A DNA stretch of 64,000 bases from an uncultured Acidobacteriota bacterium (GTDB lineage: Bacteria; Acidobacteriota; Terriglobia; Terriglobales; Acidobacteriaceae), in contig CAWBED010000018.1 of the NCBI GenBank assembly GCA_963787685.1, positions 33,556 through 97,555 on the forward strand. The letters run 5' to 3'. Both the position numbers and the translations under genes were made by a program. The notes beneath the pieces are model-generated. The model was not told the origin of the DNA. It saw only the letters and a list, made by a program, of their open reading frames with translations, and made no database searches. How positions within the stretch are numbered: the stretch's first letter is position 1; each line of letters opens with the position of its first letter. Positions 45,002 through 53,657 of this stretch are shown in pieces.

Positions 45002-45504
45002 ACGGAAACCTTGGCCACGGATTTACACGGATCCACACGGATCATTTTTCGATCGTTGTCGAAAATTAAGCGACGGAACTGTGGGCGCGTACCGAAGTTA
45101 AGCAGCAGGCCGACCTCAATCTTAGTTGCACGCAGATAGTGGAGCAGTTGGGCTTCGTGGGACGAATCAAGGCTTCGCGCGGATTTTAATTCAAGAAGAA
45201 TTTTGTCGTCAACGAGGATGTCGGCGAAGTACTGGCCCACTTTTACACCTCGGAACCATACTGGCACCGAGACTTCACGGACAGCAGTTAATCCGGACTG
45301 CTGCAGGGCTACGAGCGTTGCTTCGGCATAGGTGGACTCGAGAAATCCAAATCCAAGCTCGTTGTAGACGTTGTAAAAGACTGCAATAATGCGATCGGTC
45401 AACTCGGAGTGTTTCAGACTGGTAAGCGGCTTTTCGATCACAAGTGAGTTTACGCTGCTGGAACACGAGTTATCCGCGAGCATCGGTGAAAATCCGTGGC
45501 TCAT
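44998..45504 (-). CDS. GxxExxY family protein (PD-(D/E)XK nuclease-like fold)
   Basis: FYNVYNELGFGFLESTYAEA contains the G-x-x-E-x-x-Y signature. DILVDDKILLELK is the (D/E)xK-like block. There are ATGA overlaps with the ispD stop (45501-45504) and the ispF start (44998-45001). Confidence 0.85.
   Translation of the reverse strand: MSHGFSPMLADNSCSSSVNSLVIEKPLTSLKHSELTDRIIAVFYNVYNELGFGFLESTYAEATLVALQQSGLTAVREVSVPVWFRGVKVGQYFADILVDDKILLELKSARSLDSSHEAQLLHYLRATKIEVGLLLNFGTRPQFRRLIFDNDRKMIRVDPCKSVAKVSV
45014..45043. repeat. CACGGAT octamer array, near-identical inverted copy of 32605-32637. Its first 15 nt form the left inverted repeat of the GxxExxY cassette
   Basis: GCCACGGATTTACACGGATCCACACGGATC. 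Compare the reverse complement of 32605-32637, GGCCACGGATTGGCACGGATTCACACGGATC. Confidence 0.75.
45486..45500. repeat. Right inverted repeat of the GxxExxY cassette
   Basis: GTGAAAATCCGTGGC. Its reverse complement GCCACGGATTTTCAC matches 45014-45028 (GCCACGGATTTACAC) at 14 of 15 positions. Confidence 0.7.
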
Positions 45505-46238
45505 TTCCGTAAATAGAACTCCGCGAGTTCCATGTCGCCGGGGCTCGTGATCTTGATGTTTCGGGGCGAGCCCATGACTACTGCGACTTCATGGCCGGAA
45601 CGTTCTGCGAGCGAAGCTTCGTCGGTGCCCATGAATCCGTCGGCCGCAGCTTCGTCGAAGGCTTTCTTGATGACGTCGTAGCGAAATCCCTGTGGCGTCT
45701 GCGCCAGCACGACTCCCGCACGGGGAATCGTGGCTTTGATGATCGCGCCTTCGGATGTGCGCTCGACCTGCTTCACAGTATCGACGGCGGGAAGTCCGGC
45801 GATCGCGGCTCCGTATTTCTCGGCTGCTTCGATTACCTCGTGAATGATCTCGGTTGTAACCAGCGGCCTAACGGCGTCATGAACGAGGACGATGTCGTCG
45901 GGCGCGGCGGAAACAGCATTGAGTGCGTGCTCGACTGATTGCTGGCGATGTTCGCCGCCGGCGACCAGTTCGATCTTTTTCTTGAGCAGGTCCTTCGCTT
46001 CTTTCTGTAGCCGCTCGCGGAAGCCGTCGATTTCGTTTTCGCGCAGCGCAACCCAGATTTCGTTGATCTCGTCGACGGCCGCGAACCTGCGCAGCGTGTG
46101 GATCAAGATCGGCGTTCCCGCTAGCTCGGTGAATTGCTTGGAGGGATGTGGCTTTTTACTCTTCGAGTCCATCGCGCTGGGCACGGGAGCCATACGCGTC
46201 CCGAGTCCTGCGGCTGGAATAATGACGACAACCTTCAT
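45501..46238 (-). CDS. ispD: 2-C-methyl-D-erythritol 4-phosphate cytidylyltransferase
   Basis: MKVVVIIPAAGLGTRM, VLVHDAVRP and TPQGFRY motifs. Small insertion APVPSAMDSKSKKPHPSKQF. Confidence 0.9.
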   Translation of the reverse strand: MKVVVIIPAAGLGTRMAPVPSAMDSKSKKPHPSKQFTELAGTPILIHTLRRFAAVDEINEIWVALRENEIDGFRERLQKEAKDLLKKKIELVAGGEHRQQSVEHALNAVSAAPDDIVLVHDAVRPLVTTEIIHEVIEAAEKYGAAIAGLPAVDTVKQVERTSEGAIIKATIPRAGVVLAQTPQGFRYDVIKKAFDEAAADGFMGTDEASLAERSGHEVAVVMGSPRNIKITSPGDMELAEFYLRK

Positions 46239-46364
46239 GGCGGGTGGAAGTATACGAGCGCTTGCGCCCGAGTTCAAATACAGTGGATTCCCGCGGAGCA
46301 CGGGAAGAAACCTTGAAGTGAATCTTTCTCCGCGTCTCTAGCGTGCTCTGCCGCGATCCATCGT

Positions 46365-47471
46365 TTACGACGCGCCGTGCTTCGTGTCAACGACGGTCGG
46401 GCCGGGTACAGCGCTTGGTCCGGGCGCCGGGACTGCCACCGCGGAGGGCGCCACGGGCACAGGGGCTGGCGGACGAGAATACCCCGCACGCTCATCCCAC
46501 TTGCCGAAGATCATCTTTCCAGCGGTCGTCTGCAGAACCGAAGTGACTGACACGTCGATGGTCTTGCCAATCATCTTTCGCGCATTGTCGACGACCACCA
46601 TGGTGCCGTCATCGAGATAAGCGACGCCCTGGTTGTATTCCTTGCCTTCTTTAAGGATGAAGACGCGCATGGTCTCGCCCGGCAACACGATCGGCTTGAG
46701 CGAGTTGGCCAGTTCGTTGATGTTCAAGACCTCGACGCCCTGCAACTGGGCAACTTTGTTCAGGTTGAAGTCGTTGGTGATGATCTTGCCTTCGTAAACC
46801 TTGGCCAGTTCGATGAGCTTCAGATCCACTTCGCGGACGGCGGGGAAGTCATCTTCGACGATCTGAATTTGCAGGTTGGCGACCTTCTGGAGGCGCTGCA
46901 GAATGTCGAGGCCGCGGCGCCCACGATTGCGTTTGAGCGAGTCGGCGGAGTCGGCGACGAGTTGTAACTCTCGCAGAACGAATTGCGGAGTGACGATCAC
47001 GCCGTCGAGGAACCCGGTCTCGGCGATGTCGGCGATGCGCCCGTCGATGATGACGCTGGTATCGAGAATCTTGTAGCTCTTCTTGCCCTGCTTCTCGCCG
47101 CCAAAGATTCCGCCCAGTGCGGCCAGGTTCAGAAGATCGCCTTTATTAGCTCCGACGATCAGGCCGACGTAGGCCATCAGGAGCATGACGAGGATCTGGA
47201 GGAAGCTCTGGGTATGTCCTTCGGGCACACTACTGCGGATCACCAAAGCGAAGAGGTAAGCGCCGCAGATGCCGAGGATGCTGCCGACCGCCGCACCAAT
47301 CAAACGTTTGAGACTGACGGTACGGAGCTTCCATTCGAAGACAACGATGGCTGCTCCGATGAAAGCGCCCACGCCCGCATCCCGAATGGGTGAGAGTCCG
47401 AATGGGCCAATTTCGAAGCAGGTGACGGCTACAACGATAACAAAAAGAAGACGAACAAAAATGAGATCCAC
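46365..47471 (-). CDS. PIN/TRAM-domain membrane-anchored protein (YacL-like)
   Basis: GGAGG then GTG at 47471. 4 N-terminal TM helices, PIN block [12 protein letters not shown], and C-terminal TRAM-like [22 protein letters not shown]. Its position upstream of ispD-ispF matches the arrangement known from Firmicutes. Confidence 0.85.
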   Translation of the reverse strand: MDLIFVRLLFVIVVAVTCFEIGPFGLSPIRDAGVGAFIGAAIVVFEWKLRTVSLKRLIGAAVGSILGICGAYLFALVIRSSVPEGHTQSFLQILVMLLMAYVGLIVGANKGDLLNLAALGGIFGGEKQGKKSYKILDTSVIIDGRIADIAETGFLDGVIVTPQFVLRELQLVADSADSLKRNRGRRGLDILQRLQKVANLQIQIVEDDFPAVREVDLKLIELAKVYEGKIITNDFNLNKVAQLQGVEVLNINELANSLKPIVLPGETMRVFILKEGKEYNQGVAYLDDGTMVVVDNARKMIGKTIDVSVTSVLQTTAGKMIFGKWDERAGYSRPPAPVPVAPSAVAVPAPGPSAVPGPTVVDTKHGAS

Positions 47472-47841
47472 GGTAAACCTCCCCGCGGATGCAGCTTTCC
47501 CGTGCCGCTGGGTGATGCACCCGTGCCGAGTCCGCCGCCCCAGCGGAACCGGCCTATCGCATGCGGAGCGCAAGGATAAATGGGGGATGAAGCGCGCCCC
47601 GTTCCGGCCGATCTGGGGCCCGGCCGGAGGAACAGTAAGCTAACGCCAAGAGTATATACCTGCGGGTCACATCCGGGCGATGGCGGCGGCAGTGAGCGTC
47701 TACAGCCGATTCCGGCCCGCACATACCACAAACAACCGAGAACCACCGGGAGACGTTCGGACATCTGACCTGAGTTATTCGCGAACTGCCGCAGAGGCAG
47801 GTCGCCGGCCCGTAGTACATCAAATCTCTAACCGTTGGAGG

Positions 47842-48405
47842 ATGTCTATGCGAGCTTTCAGATTTTTGAATTTAGCGATTTTGTCGATCGTAGTGGCGGG
47901 TGCGTCCGCAGTTTACGCGCAAGATGAGCGGCCAGCTGACAAACCGGCGCATCCGGAAGAGCCTAAGGCACAGGAGGAAGCCAAGCCCCAACCGAAGCAG
48001 GATGAGATGAAGCCTCCGCGCCAGGACGAGGCCAAGCCGTCGAAGCAGGAGAAGCAGGATCAAAAGCAGGACGAGAAACAGTCGCGGGAACAGATGAAGG
48101 ATAACCGCCAGCCGGCAGCCCAGCAAGATACGCACGCGCGTCCCGCTGGTAAAGGCGGCCACATTCCGGACGAGAAATTCCATTCGAACTTTGGCCGGAG
48201 CCATACGTTTGTGGTGCAGCGTACGACCGTCGTGCAAGGTCAGTCGGGCTTCGCTTATGGCGGATACTCGTTTGTGTTCGTCGATCCGTGGCCAGCTGGC
48301 TGGGCTTACACTGACGACTGCTACGTCGACTACATCGACGGCGAGTATTTCCTGTTCGACCTGCTGCATCCGGGGGTCCGCATCGCTTTGTTTGTCGTAA
48401 TGTAG
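47842..48405 (+). CDS. Secreted low-complexity (K/Q/E/P-rich) protein with a conserved-looking C-terminal domain
   Basis: GGAGG then ATG at 47842. Signal peptide ending SAVYAQ. C-terminus GGYSFVFVDPWPAGWAYTDDCYVDYIDGEYFLF. Confidence 0.55.
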   Translation: MSMRAFRFLNLAILSIVVAGASAVYAQDERPADKPAHPEEPKAQEEAKPQPKQDEMKPPRQDEAKPSKQEKQDQKQDEKQSREQMKDNRQPAAQQDTHARPAGKGGHIPDEKFHSNFGRSHTFVVQRTTVVQGQSGFAYGGYSFVFVDPWPAGWAYTDDCYVDYIDGEYFLFDLLHPGVRIALFVVM

Positions 48406-48571
48406 ATCGAAGACTTTAAGACGCGAGACTTACTCTCGATCGCGATCGAGAGGCCTGCAGATTCGGGATCTGAATTGATTCCGGGTCTGTGGGCCGCTCG
48501 TTTTTTCTGACGGCCCGGCGCTGCCGAACAATCCCGCCTCGTGCCAGATCCATCCTGCTAGACTTTTCCCT

Positions 48572-49534
48572 ATGAAAGCCCTCGTTCTTTCCAGCCTGTC
48601 AGGAATCGATGCGCTCTCGGTTCAGAACATGCCCGACCCGACTGTCAAGGCGGGACAGACTCTGGTTCAAGTGCATGCGGGTGGTGTGAATTTCGCCGAC
48701 ATCATGACCATGAAGGGCGGCTATCCGGGAACGCCCGCTCCGCCGTTGATTGTCGGCCGGGAGTTCTCCGGCGTCGAAGAAGGCAGCAGCAGGCGCGTGA
48801 TGGGATACACGCAGTGGGCGGCGTTTGCCGAAAAGACGGCTGCGAATTCATCCATGCTGTGGCCGGTGCCTGAGGGATGGACCGAGGAACAGGCAGCGGC
48901 GTTCCCCGTAAACTTTTTCACAGCGTATCTCGGATACTGGCAAGCGGGTATGACAGAGCCGGCGCCGGCGGGCCGGAACTATCGTGTCCTTATTCATGCT
49001 GTGGCTGGAGGAGTCGGAACAGCGGCTGTACAAATAGGACACTTGCTGGGCGTTGAGATGTATGGCACGTCGTCGTCCGAGGAAAAGATCGCAAGAGTCA
49101 AGGAACTCGGACTGCAGCACGCAATCAACTACAAGCAGCACGACTACGAAGAGGTCGTGAAAAATCTTACGCGCGGCGAGGGCGTGGACGCGGTCTTCGA
49201 AATGCTTGGAGGCGACCACACGGCCAAGAGCCTGCGCTGCCTACGGGACTTCGGGCGCGTGATCCAGTACGGAACAGCGACGGGAAAATCTCCGAAGCTC
49301 GATTTGCGGGCGATGTATGCGAAGTCAGGCAGCGTCCAGGGATTGTGGCTGACGTATCTTTCGCAGAAGCGCGAAATCATGGAGCCGGCGTGGAAACAGC
49401 TGTCGGCATGGATCGCAGCAGGAAAACTGGCTCCTCAGATCGGGCAGGTGTTGCCACTGGAACGGGCGGTCGAGGCTTACAAGCTTCTGGAAGATGGGAA
49501 AAACTATGGGAAGGTTGTGTTGAAGATCGCGTAG
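48572..49534 (+). CDS. NADPH:quinone oxidoreductase / zeta-crystallin-like medium-chain dehydrogenase
   Basis: VNFADIM..G.YP, the AVAGGVGTAAVQI nucleotide-binding motif, and GKVVLKI at the end. Confidence 0.88.
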   Translation: MKALVLSSLSGIDALSVQNMPDPTVKAGQTLVQVHAGGVNFADIMTMKGGYPGTPAPPLIVGREFSGVEEGSSRRVMGYTQWAAFAEKTAANSSMLWPVPEGWTEEQAAAFPVNFFTAYLGYWQAGMTEPAPAGRNYRVLIHAVAGGVGTAAVQIGHLLGVEMYGTSSSEEKIARVKELGLQHAINYKQHDYEEVVKNLTRGEGVDAVFEMLGGDHTAKSLRCLRDFGRVIQYGTATGKSPKLDLRAMYAKSGSVQGLWLTYLSQKREIMEPAWKQLSAWIAAGKLAPQIGQVLPLERAVEAYKLLEDGKNYGKVVLKIA

Positions 49535-49645
49535 CATGCAGCGGCTGAAGCCGGATTTTGTCTCACGTGATAACGGCACGACCGAAGTCGCGCCCTCCCC
49601 GTTTCATGCCTCAGGATTCCTCGATTTGTATGAAGAACTCGATCA

Positions 49646-50113
49646 TCATCGTGCGAACACCCACTGTTCGCTGACTAAGAAGTTTGCCAGCGAGCAGAGC
49701 GTGATGGCGATGGCGTTGGCGACGAGGTAGTTCATGTGGCCTTCGCCGACCATAACTTTCATCAGCGCGAGATTGCCGAGGATCGAGACGGCTCCGTTCG
49801 TAAGGTTGAAGCGCAGCAAGCGAAGGAGGGAGCGGTGCCAGCGCGGCTCGACCGATTCAGACTTCGTTCCGTCCATTCTCGTTCGCTCTGGCTTCACTCG
49901 ATCGACCCAGGTGAATTGTTCGTGCCAGACGAAGTTGTGGACGACCGCAGCTTCGACGGCAATCGCGGTTGCAAAGAGATAGTCGAACTTGAGCAGGCTG
50001 CGCAAAATGAACAGCGCGCAGAATTGGACGACGATTCCCATTCCGCCGACGAGATTGAATTTCCACCATCGGATGAATGTCGAAGGGGAAGCGTCGCGGG
50101 TAGCCGCGCTCAT
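49646..50113 (-). CDS. GtrA-family membrane protein
   Basis: FIRWWKFNLVGGMGIVVQF...VHNFVWHEQFTW...RFNLTNGAVSILGN. The ATG at 50113 overlaps the upstream gene's stop (ATGA). Confidence 0.8.
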   Translation of the reverse strand: MSAATRDASPSTFIRWWKFNLVGGMGIVVQFCALFILRSLLKFDYLFATAIAVEAAVVHNFVWHEQFTWVDRVKPERTRMDGTKSESVEPRWHRSLLRLLRFNLTNGAVSILGNLALMKVMVGEGHMNYLVANAIAITLCSLANFLVSEQWVFAR

Positions 50114-50859
50114 TGCGGAATCCTCTCCTCGCGGTAGAGGCGGATTGTGTTCTGCAGGGTAAAGACGAGAACCATCAGTCCCATGCCCGCTAGGCCGATC
50201 GTGCCGCCCACGTCGAAGAGGCGGTAGCGTCCTCCGAACAGGTGCACGATCGGCTTCCACAACAGGGCGAGATTTCCAATGGCCAAGAGGATGCGGAGCT
50301 CCGTCGGGCCGAAGCGCCAGAAAGAAATGCGGAATTCTCCGAGCGCGTGAGTCGCGAGATAAGACTGGATCGAGAGCATGAGGAAGCCGATGAGGAGACC
50401 GATGGCGATCCAAGGATGCATGTAGCCGGAAAGCGCCAGGCCTCCCATGAGCGCAAGAGAGCCAAAGCTGTCGACCATGTGATCGACGTAGAAGCCATAG
50501 CGAGGGCGAAGACGTTGACGGACGCGGGCTAGTGTTCCGTCAAGGGAGTCGCCAAGCCAGTTGAGGGCGAGGCAGGCAATGACACCAAGGAGCGCGAGAC
50601 GATTCCAAAACGCGAGGGCATAGAAGACACCGGCTCCGATTTGAGCTGCCAGGCCCAGGATCGTGAGGTGGTCTGGGCCGATGCGATCAGGGGTGCGAGC
50701 GGCCAGCCACAATAGGGCCCGTTTCTCAGAGGAGGCGACCCAACTTTCCTGTACGCGCAACATGTCGGGAAAGGGGCGCTGGCGGCGCATCTCAAGTAGA
50801 ACTCGCGGGTTCACCTGCTCGCAAAATTCAGTCATGGTCTGGGAACCGGGAATCGCCAT
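50110..50859 (-). CDS. CDP-alcohol phosphatidyltransferase family protein
   Basis: The D-G-x2-A-R...D-x3-D signature is present: GDSLDGTLARVRQRLRPRYGFYVDHMVDSFG. 6 TM helices. Confidence 0.85.
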   Translation of the reverse strand: MAIPGSQTMTEFCEQVNPRVLLEMRRQRPFPDMLRVQESWVASSEKRALLWLAARTPDRIGPDHLTILGLAAQIGAGVFYALAFWNRLALLGVIACLALNWLGDSLDGTLARVRQRLRPRYGFYVDHMVDSFGSLALMGGLALSGYMHPWIAIGLLIGFLMLSIQSYLATHALGEFRISFWRFGPTELRILLAIGNLALLWKPIVHLFGGRYRLFDVGGTIGLAGMGLMVLVFTLQNTIRLYREERIPQ

Positions 50860-51072
50860 ACTACCTCCGAACGCTTGGCTTACCCTCAGGACTTGGTTTC
50901 GTGAATGAATGTCGCGCAGAGCTGGCCGGCAGACAATGCACTCGCGATCAAACGATGGTCAAGCTGTAAGCGATTGAAAGGAATGGCATAAATGGGCGGA
51001 GATCAACTTTGGGTGGGCGGCGAGTTAACCCTTCTGGCGCAGGGGAGCTACCGAATGATATGCCCGCCGACG

Positions 51073-52503
51073 CTATCTGGCCTCGCGGATAGCTGCGGAT
51101 AGCTGATCGATCGACCAGGTAATCTGCTCCGGCGTGATGATTGCCGGAGGGGCTAGAAGAAGGTGATCCCCGGAAACTCCGTCGACACTGCCTTGCATCG
51201 GATAGACGAGTAGGCCGCGCTTGAGGGCGGCGGCGCCAACTCGTGCGGCAAAGTTCTGCTCCGGCGGGAACGGCTTCTTGCTCTGTTTGTCGGCGACGAA
51301 TTCGACTGCCCAGAGCAGGCCGAGGCCACGTATATCCCCGACCGACTCTTCGTTGCGCAGACCTTCTAGAGATTGCTTAAACTTTGCGGCTGGCGAAGCC
51401 GAGCGGCCGGAGTCGGCGGCTTCGACCAGTTTGTTCGTCTTCAGATGTTGCAGAACTGCGCGTCCGGCGGCGAGAGAAACCGGGTGCGCGTTATAGGTGA
51501 AGCCGTGGAGGAAGGCGCCCGATCCTTGGTCGATTGCGTCGACCACTTTCTTGCTGGCGATCACGGCGCCGAGGGGAGCGTATCCGCTCGACAGTCCCTT
51601 AGCGGTGACCAGGATGTCAGGCTCGACGTTCCCTGGTTCGACATTCCAATGCTCGACCGCGAAATTGCGGCCAGTTCGACCCATGCCGGTCATGACTTCA
51701 TCGGCGATGAGGAGCACGCCATTGCGGCGGCAGATTTCTGCGATGGACTGAAGATATCCGGGCGGAGGAACGACGGCTCCGAGGGTCGCCCCACTCATAG
51801 GTTCGCAGATGAATGCTGCGGCGTCACCGTTAGAATCGTCGATGGCGCGCTGTAGTTCTGCCGCGTATTGCTGGCCGCAGTTGCGGCATCCGTCGGTGCA
51901 ATCGAAAGCGCAGCGATAGCAATAAGGGATTCCGATGTGAGGGAACTCGCGCACCATCGGCAGGTAGATTTCCCGGCGGCGTTTGTTGCCGGAGACCGAT
52001 AGTGCGCCGAGCGTGGAACCGTGATAACTCTGCTGGCGGCTGAGAATCTGGTAGCGGCGGGGTTGTCCGATCTCGACTTGGTATTGCCGCGCCATCTTCA
52101 AGGCGGTTTCGATCGATTCGGAGCCTCCGCTGGTGAAGTAGACGGCGCCGCCGCGAAAGTGGTCCCCTGCGAATGTAAGCAACTCTTGCGCGTATTCCTC
52201 GGCAACCGGCGTGGTGAACTGGCTGGTATGGACAAATTCAAGCTTTTTCGCCTGCGCAGCCATTGCGGCGGAGATTTCGGGCACACCGTGTCCGATGAGA
52301 TTGACGGCCGCCGATCCGGCCAAATCGAGGTAGCGGTTGCCTTCTGTGTCCGAGATGTAAACGCCTTCGCCACGAACGGCGGAAGGGAAATCCTTGCGGA
52401 ACGACCGCCGGAAGACGGAAGACCTGGCTTTAATTGGCGTGGAGAGAGCCACAAAAGGATTATCGCATCCTATTCCATAGGCTATAGCTTCAGAGCATCC
52501 CAA
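51073..52503 (-). CDS. Class III (omega) aminotransferase, PLP-dependent
   Basis: YFTSGGSESIETALKMAR, LIADEVMTGMGRTG and LVTAKGLSSGYAPLG (PLP Lys). The start may be GTG at 52452. Confidence 0.88.
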   Translation of the reverse strand: MGCSEAIAYGIGCDNPFVALSTPIKARSSVFRRSFRKDFPSAVRGEGVYISDTEGNRYLDLAGSAAVNLIGHGVPEISAAMAAQAKKLEFVHTSQFTTPVAEEYAQELLTFAGDHFRGGAVYFTSGGSESIETALKMARQYQVEIGQPRRYQILSRQQSYHGSTLGALSVSGNKRRREIYLPMVREFPHIGIPYCYRCAFDCTDGCRNCGQQYAAELQRAIDDSNGDAAAFICEPMSGATLGAVVPPPGYLQSIAEICRRNGVLLIADEVMTGMGRTGRNFAVEHWNVEPGNVEPDILVTAKGLSSGYAPLGAVIASKKVVDAIDQGSGAFLHGFTYNAHPVSLAAGRAVLQHLKTNKLVEAADSGRSASPAAKFKQSLEGLRNEESVGDIRGLGLLWAVEFVADKQSKKPFPPEQNFAARVGAAALKRGLLVYPMQGSVDGVSGDHLLLAPPAIITPEQITWSIDQLSAAIREAR

Positions 52504-52616
52504 AGATCAGCCGACCTTTTGCCGGTTTGGATCATCTAAACAAAATGGATTCTGCGTGTTATGGCGCGACCTCGGCCTTTTGAGGTTTCGATCGACCGCT
52601 TTGCAAGGAGAAAGTC

Positions 52617-53561
52617 ATGAACAACCTTCGTTTTTCAATCCCGGCGCTATTGGGAATGGTTTTATTGGTCGGAGCAAGTGGGATGCTGGCAGCGCAAGCG
52701 CCGCAGGGCCCCGGGACACCGGTGCAACTCGTGGTCACGGTCGAACCGAAACACGGGAACGAAGTTCCTGCGATTCGCCGCGACGATGTGATGGTTTATG
52801 AGGGGCGCGACCGCGACCAGATCGTCGATTGGATTCCGGCGCAGGGTGACCACGCCGCGCTGCAGCTTTTCATCCTCATCGACGACAGCTCGAGCTCAAG
52901 TCTCGGCTCGCAAATCGGCGATATAAAGCAATTCATCGCCTCGCAGCCGCCGACAACTCTGGTGGGCGTGGCGTATATGCAGGACGGCACAGCGCGGATC
53001 CTGCAGGATCCGACGAACGATCACGATAAGGCCGCGAAGGTAGTGCGGCTACCGATGGGTACGGCCGGTGCGAACGCGAGTCCGTATTTCTCTGTGAGCG
53101 ACCTGATCAAGCGCTGGCCCGCGACGACGGCGCGGCGCGAAATCTTGATGGTCACCGACGGCGCTGACCGGTACTACGGGAGTGGGAACCTCGACGATCC
53201 GTATGTCCAGGCAGCTATGGACGATGCTGGAAAAGCGGGAATTCAGATTTCATCGATCTACAATCCGGGTGCAGGGCACTTCGGGCACAGCCGTTTCCAG
53301 TCGTATTGGGGGCAGAATTATCTGGCTGAATTGTCTGAGGGCACCGGAGGCGAGGGATACTACTTCGGCATGACGGGCAGCGCGGTCTCATTTGCGCCCT
53401 TTCTCGATGACTTCGCGCGCCGGCTGCAGAACCAGTACATTTTGGCGTTTATTCCCAAGCCTCAGAAGAAATCTGGATGGCAGAAGGTGCGGGTCAGTTC
53501 GGAAGTTCAAGGTGTCGATCTGATTTCGGCAGGCAGAGTCTACGTTACTGTGCAGAAGTAA
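52617..53561 (+). CDS. Secreted VWA-like protein (VWFA-related acidobacterial-type domain)
   Basis: Signal peptide. LFILIDDSSSS resembles the degenerate MIDAS start. ILMVTDGADRY. The family assignment is from memory of TIGR-type acidobacterial VWFA-related proteins. Confidence 0.65.
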   Translation: MNNLRFSIPALLGMVLLVGASGMLAAQAPQGPGTPVQLVVTVEPKHGNEVPAIRRDDVMVYEGRDRDQIVDWIPAQGDHAALQLFILIDDSSSSSLGSQIGDIKQFIASQPPTTLVGVAYMQDGTARILQDPTNDHDKAAKVVRLPMGTAGANASPYFSVSDLIKRWPATTARREILMVTDGADRYYGSGNLDDPYVQAAMDDAGKAGIQISSIYNPGAGHFGHSRFQSYWGQNYLAELSEGTGGEGYYFGMTGSAVSFAPFLDDFARRLQNQYILAFIPKPQKKSGWQKVRVSSEVQGVDLISAGRVYVTVQK

Positions 53562-53657
53562 CGCTTCCTGTTTCGGAACGTGAGTAATGCGGGAGGCGAG
53601 ACGATCAACACTGGCGGTTTGAGATTCCGATAAGATTGAGAATCTGATCGGGTCTCG

